NCBI GenBank assembly: GCA_030648715.1
Contig: JAUSGZ010000014.1
Span: 1,055 to 65,054 of the forward strand
DNA: 64,000 nucleotides
Source of the DNA: a bacterium
GTDB taxonomy: Bacteria > Patescibacteriota > Patescibacteriia > Buchananbacterales > GWA2-38-13
Direction: 5' to 3'
The notes below the pieces were generated by a model, which saw nothing but the letters and a program-made list of their open reading frames with translations, searched no databases and was not told where the DNA came from. This document shows positions 45,487 through 55,227 of the stretch, in pieces (positions within the stretch are counted from its first letter, which is position 1; each line of letters begins with the position of its first letter). A program made the translations under genes and the position numbers.

Positions 45487-46728
45487 TCATGCCGCGTAAT
45501 GGCGTTCCAATTTCTCCAGCCAGCGGGGAGCACTGAATTCCGCGACTGCGCGCGCATGGCCCGCAGCACCCATGCGCGCGGCCAGCGCGGGATCGGAAAA
45601 CAAACGGACGATACGGTCAGCCAGCGCGTTGGCATCGTATGGATTGACGATGAACCCGGTCTGGCCGTCAATCACAGCCTCGCGGCTGCCGCCGAAACAC
45701 GTCGCGATCACCGGCTTGCCGGCAGCCATGGCTTCCAAATTCACCGAGGGGAACGAATCAAAACACACCGAAGGTACGACGACCGCCGCGCACGCAGAAT
45801 AGGCGGTCACCATATCCTGGGACGAGAGCTGGCCGGCAAACCGGACGCGGTCGGAAACCCCGTACTGCTGCGGCAGCCGCTGGTAGCTGCCGGCCCCGCC
45901 CTCGGCACTGCCCGCGATCAGCAGCGCGGCATCAGGAACCGTTTGGGCGGCGGCCGCGAGCGCGGCCAAGATCTGGTTGATGCCCTTGGCGCCCGAGATC
46001 CGCCCCGGGAACAGCAGCACGCGGCGGCCGGCAAGATCGAAACGGCGGAGCAGCTCCTCGGTCACGGCCGGCGGCCGCGGCGTCCATGGGGTAAGGTCAA
46101 TGCCATTATGCACGACCGCGACGTTGGTAATGCCGTTATCGGCCAGCGCGTCGGCCAATGCTTGAGAGACAGCCAGTACCTTGGTGATGCCGTTGAGGCG
46201 GCGGCGGATGACGGCGTTGCGGAATGGATTGAAACGTTTTTTCGCCGTGCGCAGATTCACGAGCCACGACGTCCGATACTTCGGCCGGAGCGGGCAATCT
46301 CTGCGCGCGGGATCAATGAAATGGGTCAGTTTGGCGTAGGCAAAACTCTGCACGTCGTGGGTGGTCAGAAAAACTTTCGGCGCAGACCGCCGCGCTGCCT
46401 CCAGACAGCGATAGGAAAGCGCCTGGTAGATATTGTGCGCATGGACAATGTCCGGCTTGAGCCGATGCAAAGCGGCGGCTACCGGCCGCACGGCGGCCGG
46501 ATGGTGCAGCCCCAAGTACGCACCCCAGCGGGGGTGAAATGGAGTTGCCACCACGTTGACGGCGACCCCGTCGACGGGCTGCCCGCTTGCCGTCAGCACG
46601 GTGACCTGATGGCCACGGCGAGAAAGACCGATGGCGTGCTGGTAGCACACGCCCAGCGCCCCGCCGAGCGCGGGGGCGAATTGGTCGGCCAAGATCACCA
46701 CCCGCATACCCGGTAGTACAATGGGCAA
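45487..46728 (-). CDS. family 4 glycosyltransferase (GT-B, group 1)
   Basis: 413 aa. C-terminal DSFPSVNLEAMAAGKPVIAT (EX7E-type GT4 motif). Confidence 0.8.
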   Translation of the reverse strand: MPIVLPGMRVVILADQFAPALGGALGVCYQHAIGLSRRGHQVTVLTASGQPVDGVAVNVVATPFHPRWGAYLGLHHPAAVRPVAAALHRLKPDIVHAHNIYQALSYRCLEAARRSAPKVFLTTHDVQSFAYAKLTHFIDPARRDCPLRPKYRTSWLVNLRTAKKRFNPFRNAVIRRRLNGITKVLAVSQALADALADNGITNVAVVHNGIDLTPWTPRPPAVTEELLRRFDLAGRRVLLFPGRISGAKGINQILAALAAAAQTVPDAALLIAGSAEGGAGSYQRLPQQYGVSDRVRFAGQLSSQDMVTAYSACAAVVVPSVCFDSFPSVNLEAMAAGKPVIATCFGGSREAVIDGQTGFIVNPYDANALADRIVRLFSDPALAARMGAAGHARAVAEFSAPRWLEKLERHYAA

Positions 46729-46816
46729 ATAAATCGTGCCCGCCTTATACCATAATAATTACAAGACCCATCTTCTGGCTTCCTCATAAATCCATTGTAC
46801 TATCGGGCATACCCTG

Positions 46817-48547
46817 TTACGCGGTTTTTTCCACCACCAAATTACCCAGCACCAGCACATCCAGTTCGCTCTGCAGGTACGCGCTGATGGCCTCTTCGGG
46901 CGTGCACACGATCGGCTCCTCATGCATGTTGAAGCTGGTGTTCACGAGACTCGGCAGGCCGGTCAGCTGCTCATAGTGTTTCAAGACATCGTAGTACACC
47001 GCATTGATCTCGCGGCTGACCAGCTGTGGCCGGCAGGTTCCGTCCACGTGCACGGCCGCGGGCATTTTGTCGCGCATGAACTTCGTCGCCGGCAAGGCAA
47101 TGGTCATGAAAGTGGCCGCAGCTCTGCAGCGATCGGTCAATTCATAGCAGTCGGCAGCTTTCTCCATTAGGGTGACCGGCGCGAACGGCATAAACTCGCT
47201 GCGCTTGAGCCGCTTGTTCAGCCAATCGTTCACCTCGGGGTCGGTCGCCGGATACAGAATGGAACGGTTGCCCAGTGCGCGCGGCCCGTACTCCATCGCG
47301 CCCTGGAAAAAACCAACGACCTTGTTCTCGGCCAGGCGCGCGGCGGTCCAGGCAGCCACGTCGCCCTCGCGCCGGAAGGAAAGCCGAGCTGCCGTCAGCG
47401 CGGCCGTACAGCGCCGCTCATCGAACGCCGGGCCGAGGTACACGTGCGGAATTGCCTGCGGAGTCAACGGGTGCTTTTGTGCCAGGGCTCCCAACGCCGC
47501 CCCTAAGGCCTGACCCACGTCGCCCATACCGGGATGCACGAACACTTCCTTGAGCGGCAGCTGCCGCAGGAACTCCAGATTCAGCTTGACGTTGGCAACC
47601 ACGCCGCCCGACAGGGCCAACCGCTCGAACGGCATTTGCTTTTGCCACGCGGAAAGCACGCTGACGCAGACGTCCTCCAGCCGGCGCTGGAACGCCGCCG
47701 CGATATCCTCGCGGGTGTGGCCGGAAAACACCACCGGCAGTTTTTTCCCGCGCGCAAAGTACTCCTCATGCAGCACGAACAGCTCCGGGCTGACTTTCAT
47801 CGTGGTGCCCTCGGCCCACAACAACCGGTTCACCACGGGAGCGAGTTTCGTGGGATCGCCGAATGCCGCCAGCCCCGTGATCTTGCCGCCGTGCTTCTTG
47901 GGATGGAACCCCAGGATCCGCGTCACCACCTCGTAGTAACGGCCCGGGCTGTGCGGCAAGGGTACCGTACCGACTTTCTGCAGCCGACCGTTCGCACCGC
48001 GCCAGAACGAGCACGTATTGGTAAAACTGGAACCCTCGATGATGGCGACGAAACAATCCGTAAAACCGGAAGTGAAATACGCGGTGGCGGCGTGCGCTTC
48101 GTCATGGTCGACGAACGTGACCTCGCCGGCGAATCCCTGCTGGCGCAACTCGTCAATCAGCTGCTGTGTCGCCTTGCCCACGCGCCACGTCTCCAGTATG
48201 GCTGCCAAACCGGTTTGGCGCAGCAGCCTCCCGCGGTCGCGGCTCTTGAGCGTATAGAAGGAGTGTAGGTAGCGGCCGCGCGTGAACGTGACCCGCTGCG
48301 CCTGCTGGATAAAGTTGTACCAGTACTTGCGCGGCCCCGGCCGCAGGCCGGAGAACGCGACCACATCCAACTCGCGCGGCGCGACGCCCGCGACCGCGAA
48401 CACCGCGGCCATGGACTGGCGGGGCGGCGCACCATCCATCTTTGTACGGGAAAAACGCTCTTCGTTGGCCGCCGCCAACACGCGGCCGTCCTCCACGATA
48501 GCGGCACCGCTGTCGTGCGTATCCAAATGAATGCCAAGGATTTTCAT
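46817..48547 (-). CDS. carbamoyltransferase (NodU/CmcH family)
   Basis: 576 aa. MKILGIHLDTHDSGAAIV N-terminal Kae1/ASKHA-like carbamoyltransferase domain plus a C-terminal YrdC-like carbamoyltransferase domain. Confidence 0.8.
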   Translation of the reverse strand: MKILGIHLDTHDSGAAIVEDGRVLAAANEERFSRTKMDGAPPRQSMAAVFAVAGVAPRELDVVAFSGLRPGPRKYWYNFIQQAQRVTFTRGRYLHSFYTLKSRDRGRLLRQTGLAAILETWRVGKATQQLIDELRQQGFAGEVTFVDHDEAHAATAYFTSGFTDCFVAIIEGSSFTNTCSFWRGANGRLQKVGTVPLPHSPGRYYEVVTRILGFHPKKHGGKITGLAAFGDPTKLAPVVNRLLWAEGTTMKVSPELFVLHEEYFARGKKLPVVFSGHTREDIAAAFQRRLEDVCVSVLSAWQKQMPFERLALSGGVVANVKLNLEFLRQLPLKEVFVHPGMGDVGQALGAALGALAQKHPLTPQAIPHVYLGPAFDERRCTAALTAARLSFRREGDVAAWTAARLAENKVVGFFQGAMEYGPRALGNRSILYPATDPEVNDWLNKRLKRSEFMPFAPVTLMEKAADCYELTDRCRAAATFMTIALPATKFMRDKMPAAVHVDGTCRPQLVSREINAVYYDVLKHYEQLTGLPSLVNTSFNMHEEPIVCTPEEAISAYLQSELDVLVLGNLVVEKTA

Positions 48548-48560
48548 ATCGCAATGTTGG

Positions 48561-49943
48561 TTACGCCGGAACGGCGGGGAACGGCGGCGCTACCAGCCGC
48601 CTCCGCAGCCACCAAAAATAGGCAAAACCCAAAAAGTTGGGGACGAACGTGAACAGCAGCGTCGCAATGACCAGCCCGCGGATGGCCGACGCGTTGATGA
48701 GATACCACGACAGCGGCAGGAGCGTCAGGAGCGTGAAGACCTGGATGGCAACATTCACCCGCATCCGGTTGAGGGTACGAAACATCGCCGCCAGCCCGAC
48801 ACCCCCGGCGACCAGGAGCGGATAAGGGGAGAGCGCCATGATGAACGGCAGCGCCGGCCCGTAGGCGGGGAACAGCGCGTTGATGAACACGGGTGCCAGC
48901 AGGATCGCCGGCAGCAAGACCACCAGTTCCATCAGGAGGGTCAAACCGGTGATCTGGTAGAACCGTTTGAACAGCTTACTGTTACCGGCCACCTCGGTCT
49001 TGGGGAACTGGTCGTTGAGCAGGCGCGCAATGGGATCAGCAAAGACCAGCGGCAGCCCGACGTAGGTGAACGCGACCTTGAAGAACCCCAGCCCGGAGGT
49101 CGTCGGCAGCACCGCGCCCAGCATCAGCAGCGGCACGGTCTGGTTGACCTTCAAAATATTCTTGCTGATGGCGATCAAAAAACCGAAACGGAAATAATAG
49201 GATATCTTTGGCCACGGCACCCGGGTCCGCCACAGGTCGGAAAGCCCGACCGCGGTACCGGCGCGCACATAGCGGCGGTAGATGAACGCCGCGGCGATGC
49301 TGGCCCCTACCATCAGGAGGAACTGACCGCCAATGATGGCCATCACCCCGCCGCCCAATAACACCCAGGCGACGGTCACCACGGCGCCGATGATCTTGCT
49401 GCCCGTCTCCAGCACGGCCAGCGGGATGAGCTCGCGACGGATCTGCTGCAAGGTCGTCACCAGGGGAACGAAGAAGGTCAGCGCGAACGTGAGCACGCCC
49501 AAGGCCGCGTACCAGCCCACCATCGGGTCATGGTACCAGCGCTCCCCCAGGAACGGTGCTGCCAGCATCCCCGCCACGCCCGCCGTCGCGCCGATCGCCA
49601 CCGTTGTTTTCAAAAAATAGGCGAGCACGTCCCGCGCTTCCGCACGGTCGCTTCTTGCCTCGGCGCGCGCCAGCAGGTTCACGATGGCATGGCCCATGCC
49701 GAATTCCTGAAAGACATTGAGGAATGCCGCCAAGGTCGTTGCCAGCGTATACAGGCCGTAATCTTCCGGGCCCAGCAGGTTGGCAAACAGGATGCCCGTC
49801 AGGATGCCAACACCTTTGCTGATGATGCCGGCCGCCTGCAGGATTGCCGAATGCCGCGCGAACGGATGTTTCAGCGCGAACCGCAGCCGTTGATGCGTTT
49901 GGGCGAACACAAAAGCGAGGGATAGATGACCAAACCCCCGCAC
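48561..49943 (-). CDS. polysaccharide/oligosaccharide flippase (MOP superfamily, Wzx-like)
   Basis: 460 aa, about 12-14 TM, with a periodic hydrophobic pattern and spacing typical of Wzx/MurJ-like transporters. Confidence 0.6.
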   Translation of the reverse strand: MRGFGHLSLAFVFAQTHQRLRFALKHPFARHSAILQAAGIISKGVGILTGILFANLLGPEDYGLYTLATTLAAFLNVFQEFGMGHAIVNLLARAEARSDRAEARDVLAYFLKTTVAIGATAGVAGMLAAPFLGERWYHDPMVGWYAALGVLTFALTFFVPLVTTLQQIRRELIPLAVLETGSKIIGAVVTVAWVLLGGGVMAIIGGQFLLMVGASIAAAFIYRRYVRAGTAVGLSDLWRTRVPWPKISYYFRFGFLIAISKNILKVNQTVPLLMLGAVLPTTSGLGFFKVAFTYVGLPLVFADPIARLLNDQFPKTEVAGNSKLFKRFYQITGLTLLMELVVLLPAILLAPVFINALFPAYGPALPFIMALSPYPLLVAGGVGLAAMFRTLNRMRVNVAIQVFTLLTLLPLSWYLINASAIRGLVIATLLFTFVPNFLGFAYFWWLRRRLVAPPFPAVPA

Positions 49944-49993
49944 CGCGAAGGAGGGGGCGCTCTAGCTACTGTAGCGTGCCGCAAACGCCAGGG

Positions 49994-52063
49994 TCAATCC
50001 CGCCCAGGAGCGCGAACAGGCCGGTAGATCTGCAACGTTGCCCACGATTCCGCCGGCGCATACTGGCCGTCGATCGCCGCCATGAAGTACGGCCGATAGG
50101 GAAAATCCTCATTGCCGATGAGTAGGTACTCGGGGCGCTCGCGGCGCACCTGGTCGGTCAGCCGCTGCAGGTTCCAGTCGAACACCACGTCCAGCTGGTC
50201 GTAAATGGGAAACCAGTTGGTGCGGCGCGACAGCAGGAGCAGCTGGCCGTCATTGGCGTGCACCAGCGGCGGCCGGCTGCCGGGCAGGAACTCGGCTGCG
50301 ATGCGCTCCGCATCCGCCAGCAGTTCGGGGGTGTCGGCGCTCGCTTGAGGACGCAACCGCTGGGTAATGTCCCGGTAGTTGCGCGTGCTGAAAAGCACGG
50401 GCAGCTTCGCAGCAACGATCAGCGCGACAAAGGCCGCGAGCGCAACGAAGGCCCGTGCCGCGAGGGGCTCATGCGGCCCGCGGGTATAGGCGGCAAACAG
50501 GTACAGGTCGGAAACCAGGTACAGCAGCACGAACACCAGCGGCGTGCTGATCGGGTACAGGTAGCTCCAGGCTGAATTGCCGACATAGTAGGTGACCGAT
50601 AGCGCGCCGTAGGTCAAAAGGAAAAGGAATGTTGCATCGACCTTCCGCCCGACCGCCCAACGCCGCAGCACCAGCACCCCCGCCGCCAGGTAGGTCAGCA
50701 CATACCATTCGAACATCCCGACCGCCGGCATGGGCAATTTGCTGATGCCCGTCCGGTAGACGGCCATGGCATCGCGGTAGAGGGAGAAGTTCGGCCACGC
50801 CCCGTAGTACCAGAAGTTGCCGACCGCCACCGCGGAAAAACCCAGCGCCAAATACGCCGCCTGCCGCAGGCCGGTCGCCAGCAGCCGCCGCAGCAGCACC
50901 TTCGGGCTCAGACTGGAAAGTTGAATTGCCGCCGCGGCCACCACCGTTGCCGCCGCGATGGCCAAACCGGAATCCAGGTTCCACACGGCCGCCACCGCCG
51001 CGAGCTGCAACGGCAAGTCGCGACGCCACCAGGGAAGCTGCGGCCGGCGGCTGACAAACAATACCGCCGCCGCGACCAGTACGTACCAGCCCTGGCGATA
51101 CGGCGTCGTGCCCGGGTAGTGCACCGAGGAAAGGAACGGCCCGGCCTGCAGGAGGAAATAGGTACCAACGGCGGTCGCCGTGCCAAGCAGCGCCAACAAC
51201 CGCGAATGCAGCCAGCGCTTCAACAGCGCATAACTGAAGGCGAAAAAGAAAAAATAACTGACCGACAGGACCAGGGAAAGTGCTTGGTAGCTGAGCGGTA
51301 CGATTTTGAACAGCGCGACCAGCGCGTAGGTATTCAAGATCCCGTATTGGTTGGTAGTTTCATAGAGGAACGGTTTGCCGGCGAGCACGTCGTTGACCGT
51401 ACCGATGACGTGGTTGGCGTGACGTTGCTCATACGGAAATGACGGATCAAAAATGATGACGGCCAGCAGCACCAGCAGCCACGGCTCCAACCTGGCAATC
51501 CACCGCGGGTCGGCGTGCCGCTTCAGCCAATGAAAACTCGCCTGCCGCCAGCGCCAGGATAAGAAGAGGAACACCGCCACGCTCACGCCCAGCGCCAGCC
51601 GCACGGCGTACAGCCGTTTCGTGGTCAAGAGCCACAAAGCATGCCACACGCCGACGCGCTCCAGGTAGCCGGCGACGAACGCCGCGCGCTCGGAGATCAG
51701 GGGCGAAAATCGCCACCCCAGAGCAACGGCCAGCACGGCCACTGCTGCGAGCATTCCCAGCCGGAGCCGGACGCTCGGCCGCGGCCAGCGCCGCACCCGC
51801 GTGAAGGCCGACGAGATCGGATAGTACAACACCAAGGCGATCAACGGGATCGCCAGGTAACCCGCCAAAAATAACGGCATCTCCCAAGGCTCGGGCAAAA
51901 CCTCGAATGTGGAGAGCTTGTGCGCGACCGCCCACCGGTCCACGGGCAGCACGCGGTCCTGCAAGAAGCGGGAAGCGGCAAAATACCCCAAGGTCGTTGC
52001 AGCCAACGCCGCAAGCGCCGGCGGCCAGCGAAACGTTCCAAGAAATGCGCGGGCATTGAACAT
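49994..52063 (-). CDS. large polytopic membrane protein of unknown family (paralog B)
   Basis: 689 aa. Collinear with 43054..45120 (see above). Confidence 0.65.
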   Translation of the reverse strand: MFNARAFLGTFRWPPALAALAATTLGYFAASRFLQDRVLPVDRWAVAHKLSTFEVLPEPWEMPLFLAGYLAIPLIALVLYYPISSAFTRVRRWPRPSVRLRLGMLAAVAVLAVALGWRFSPLISERAAFVAGYLERVGVWHALWLLTTKRLYAVRLALGVSVAVFLFLSWRWRQASFHWLKRHADPRWIARLEPWLLVLLAVIIFDPSFPYEQRHANHVIGTVNDVLAGKPFLYETTNQYGILNTYALVALFKIVPLSYQALSLVLSVSYFFFFAFSYALLKRWLHSRLLALLGTATAVGTYFLLQAGPFLSSVHYPGTTPYRQGWYVLVAAAVLFVSRRPQLPWWRRDLPLQLAAVAAVWNLDSGLAIAAATVVAAAAIQLSSLSPKVLLRRLLATGLRQAAYLALGFSAVAVGNFWYYGAWPNFSLYRDAMAVYRTGISKLPMPAVGMFEWYVLTYLAAGVLVLRRWAVGRKVDATFLFLLTYGALSVTYYVGNSAWSYLYPISTPLVFVLLYLVSDLYLFAAYTRGPHEPLAARAFVALAAFVALIVAAKLPVLFSTRNYRDITQRLRPQASADTPELLADAERIAAEFLPGSRPPLVHANDGQLLLLSRRTNWFPIYDQLDVVFDWNLQRLTDQVRRERPEYLLIGNEDFPYRPYFMAAIDGQYAPAESWATLQIYRPVRAPGRD

Positions 52064-52069
52064 ACGCGG

Positions 52070-54448
52070 CTACTGCTGGGTGAAGATATCGCGCCAGGCG
52101 CGATCCAAGGAATATGTGAATTCAAGCTGATGGTCGCCCTGCGGCACCCGAACGGCCTGCAACAGATAGTTGGCAGGATAGTGCGCCGTCGGAAGGCCGT
52201 CCAGCGCCGCCGTCCAGCCCGGCAGGTTGGCGTAGCCGAAGATGAACCACGCATCCGCAGCGGCGCGCACCGCGAACCGGTACCGCGCGGTTGACGCTTC
52301 CAGCACCTGCACCGTACCCGTCGCCGAGGATACCGGGCAGTCCGCGCATTCGAGGAGCACGGCGTTCTGCAACTGCGGCTGGTGGTTTAAAAATGCCTGC
52401 CAGGCATCCGCGTCATTGGCAACGGCGGTGGCCTGCACCGCAGGAGCAAAATAGGAGCGCGGCTGCACGGTCGTTAACCGGTAGACGTAGAGCGGCAGCT
52501 GGCGGGTGGTTACATCCAAAGTTGCGACGAGCGTCAGGTCGGGGTGCGGCAGCGGGTAGAGGCTCACGATGGTACCGACGTTGAATGCGGCCAGCACGGG
52601 CAATCGTTCTAAAAATTTCGCGCGCTTTTCTTCAAAACTGATATCCAGCGTGGCCAGCTGCTCGCCGGCCGTGCCGCGGCTGGAGCCCAGGTACGACAGG
52701 ACGCGGGCGCTGCGGCGGTCCATGATGTTGTCGTAGTAGTCCAGGCCGTCGCTGCCATCCAGGAGCTGAAGGTTGGCAGAACCCAATGCGCGATGGAGCG
52801 AGATGTTATCGTCCGGCGCGTAACCAAAAGGGACATCAAGCTGCTGATACACAGAGGAACCGGGGAGAAAAGAAAAAAAGCGTTCGCCGGGCGGCACTGA
52901 CCAGCCCGGTGCAATACGCAGCACGCGCGCGTCGGCGGTCGGCAGCGCCGAGAACGCCAACGGCGCGAGGTTCCCCGCGGTCAACGCCAACGCGAAAACC
53001 GCGAATGCTCCGACCGCTATCCTGCCGTTGGCGACACTACGCAGCAGCCATCCGGCAACCGCCAAAGATGCGATCGCGAGTGCAGTGGGAAAAGACCAGA
53101 CCGTGACGCCGCCGGCCACCTGGCGCAGCAGCTCATCAAGCACCTGGTGATAGTGGGAGATCGGCAGCCCCGTAGTGCGCGCGTACCAAAAGCGGTCAAA
53201 CAGCGCGAATGCCGCCGAACGCAGCGGCGCCGCCGCGACCAGCCAGATGGCAGACAGCCCAACCAGTACCGCGACGACGCGCGCCGTCCAGTGGCTGACG
53301 CGCCGCGCCGTGATCCGCCACGCCTCATCCTTGCCGGCGACAATGACATCCAGACCCGCGGCGGCCACAAACGCAGCCGCGACATTCCCAACATACATCC
53401 AGCGCGCCGACGCGCGGAATAAGGAGAATACGGGCAGCCGGTTCACGAGCCACGCGAGGGGCGAACCCGACCAGGCCAGGAGCAGGCTCCCCAACAACCC
53501 CCACCAGGCGACGCGTACTCGCCAGTCGCGCAGCCGCAATCCCAAAATTGCCAGCAAGAACGGCAACGCTCCCATGTACAAGAAACCGGGGGTGGAGGTC
53601 AGCCGCGGCAGCGCAACGCGCGGCAGCAGCCAGCTGGAAAGATCCAGCAACCGCAGCCCGCCCTCGCCGCTCGCACCTGAATTCAGCCGCGCCGAAAGCC
53701 GCGCGAAAGCCAAGGTGGGCAGCAGCAGCGGCAGCGCCATGACGGCCGCGGCCGAAAACAGCGCGACTGTTCCCGCGAGCGTCTGCCAGCGTTGCGCCCG
53801 CCAGGAAAGTGCTGCGGCGAACGCGAACACCGCGGTGCCGTACACCAACGGCCACTGCAGGTGGCCGACGTGCAGGCTGTGTGCAAAGATCAGCGCGCCG
53901 CCGGCAACCATTGCCCACCATCGCGCCTGCCGCACCGACGAGCAGTGCAGGTGCCACACGCACAGCAAGAGCGCGGGGAACGTCCAATAGGTCACGCTGA
54001 CGGTGATATTGCCGGCAAACCCGAGCAGCGCGGGAGACAACGGAACAACCAGCGCTGGCAGTGCCGCCGCCGGACGGCCGAACCCGAGCGCGCGCGCCAA
54101 TCCGTAGGTGCACAGCGCCGTCAGCACAAAGCTCGCCCCCGTCAGCCAGGCGTAGACGGTAATGACGTCGAACGTCGAAAACAGCCACTGCTGCAAGGGC
54201 GAACGCAAGCCGCCGAGGGTGCTGGCCGCGGTCGGGAACCCGGCCAGGACGTGCGGGTTGAAATCCACGGACTGGCCCGCGCGCAGTACGCGCTGCAGCC
54301 AGGTCAGGATGGGATAGAATTGCAGCACCGCGTCGCCGTCCGCGAACACCCGTCCGAAGAACAACACCGGGGAAAAAACGGCGACCACGACAGCCAACGG
54401 GAACGCCAGCCACCCCAAGGAACGCACTCGGGCAACAGCACCCATAAG
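52070..54448 (-). CDS. YfhO-like large polytopic membrane protein (putative glycosyltransferase acting with the GtrB-like GT2)
   Basis: About 792 aa from MGAVARVRSLGWLAFPLAVV (the ORF-track start at 54562 would overlap the upstream gene by 107 nt). Many TM helices throughout. FYP-containing N-terminal region. Confidence 0.6.
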   Translation of the reverse strand, partial: LMGAVARVRSLGWLAFPLAVVVAVFSPVLFFGRVFADGDAVLQFYPILTWLQRVLRAGQSVDFNPHVLAGFPTAASTLGGLRSPLQQWLFSTFDVITVYAWLTGASFVLTALCTYGLARALGFGRPAAALPALVVPLSPALLGFAGNITVSVTYWTFPALLLCVWHLHCSSVRQARWWAMVAGGALIFAHSLHVGHLQWPLVYGTAVFAFAAALSWRAQRWQTLAGTVALFSAAAVMALPLLLPTLAFARLSARLNSGASGEGGLRLLDLSSWLLPRVALPRLTSTPGFLYMGALPFLLAILGLRLRDWRVRVAWWGLLGSLLLAWSGSPLAWLVNRLPVFSLFRASARWMYVGNVAAAFVAAAGLDVIVAGKDEAWRITARRVSHWTARVVAVLVGLSAIWLVAAAPLRSAAFALFDRFWYARTTGLPISHYHQVLDELLRQVAGGVTVWSFPTALAIASLAVAGWLLRSVANGRIAVGAFAVFALALTAGNLAPLAFSALPTADARVLRIAPGWSVPPGERFFSFLPGSSVYQQLDVPFGYAPDDNISLHRALGSANLQLLDGSDGLDYYDNIMDRRSARVLSYLGSSRGTAGEQLATLDISFEEKRAKFLERLPVLAAFNVGTIVSLYPLPHPDLTLVATLDVTTRQLPLYVYRLTTVQPRSYFAPAVQATAVANDADAWQAFLNHQPQLQNAVLLECADCPVSSATGTVQVLEASTARYRFAVRAAADAWFIFGYANLPGWTAALDGLPTAHYPANYLLQAVRVPQGDHQLEFTYSLDRAWRDIFTQQ

Positions 54449-54455
54449 GCTAATA

Positions 54456-55223
54456 TTAGCGTTGCGGAGGGGGCGGCACCCGGCGGCGGAAACGGTAGTA
54501 GAGCAGATTGCGCAAAAATTCCCAGATCGCCGACGGCGGCACGAACGACGCCCGCCGCTCATTCTTATAAAAAATGGTGGAAACCTCTCCGACCTTCAAT
54601 TTCAGCCGCAAGGCCTCGAGCATGATCTCCGCATCCGTGAACCAGTCGTTGGATAACAGCTGCATCGCCTGGTAGGCGCGGCGCGTCATCACCTTGGGTT
54701 TGGAATTGATGTCGCGGAAACTGGCGGACGGAGGGAACAGCACGCGGAAGAGCAGGTTGTACAATCGGGAAATAGTGGCGCGGTACCGACCATCATGCCG
54801 CTGGGCACGGAAAGTTTTGACCAGGTCGTAGCCGCCCACCTGCAGCACCTGATAGACCTTGACGATATCGCTGGACGGCATCTGGCCGTCGCCGTCAATG
54901 ACCGCGAGATGCCGTCCCGTCGCCGCCTCCAGGCCGGCGCGCATGTCCCAACCCATCATGCCTTCTTTGACGCGGGCGACCACTTTGATGCGAGGGTTGG
55001 CGGCCGCCAGCTCCTGTACGATCTGGGGCGTGCGGTCGGGACTTTCGGCATGGAAATTGGCGACCAGCACCAATTCGTAGTCAAGGTTTGCCTCTTTTAA
55101 TTCGCGGGTCAGCTGCGCCACAAATTCGCGCGCCAATTCTTCGGCGCGGTAGCACAGCACCACAACCGACAGCTCCGGCCCGGCGGAGGGCGTGACCAGC
55201 GTTGTGTGGCGGGCAAGCTCCAT
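54456..55223 (-). CDS. GtrB/DPM1-like family 2 glycosyltransferase (polyprenyl-phosphate sugar synthase-like)
   Basis: About 255 aa from MELARHTT. LSVVVLCYRAEE, DGDGQMP (DxD), C-terminal amphipathic/TM helix. The ORF-track start at 55259 overlaps the SDR gene. Confidence 0.75.
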   Translation of the reverse strand: MELARHTTLVTPSAGPELSVVVLCYRAEELAREFVAQLTRELKEANLDYELVLVANFHAESPDRTPQIVQELAAANPRIKVVARVKEGMMGWDMRAGLEAATGRHLAVIDGDGQMPSSDIVKVYQVLQVGGYDLVKTFRAQRHDGRYRATISRLYNLLFRVLFPPSASFRDINSKPKVMTRRAYQAMQLLSNDWFTDAEIMLEALRLKLKVGEVSTIFYKNERRASFVPPSAIWEFLRNLLYYRFRRRVPPPPQR

Positions 55224-55227
55224 AGTG

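Noticed and set aside
45298-46716. 472-aa + ORF
   Set aside because: It is antisense to the GT4 gene, which has the conserved EX7E region.
53175-54413. 271-aa + and 362-aa minus alternative-frame ORFs
   Set aside because: They lie inside or opposite the YfhO-like gene and have an Arg/Ala-rich shadow-ORF composition.
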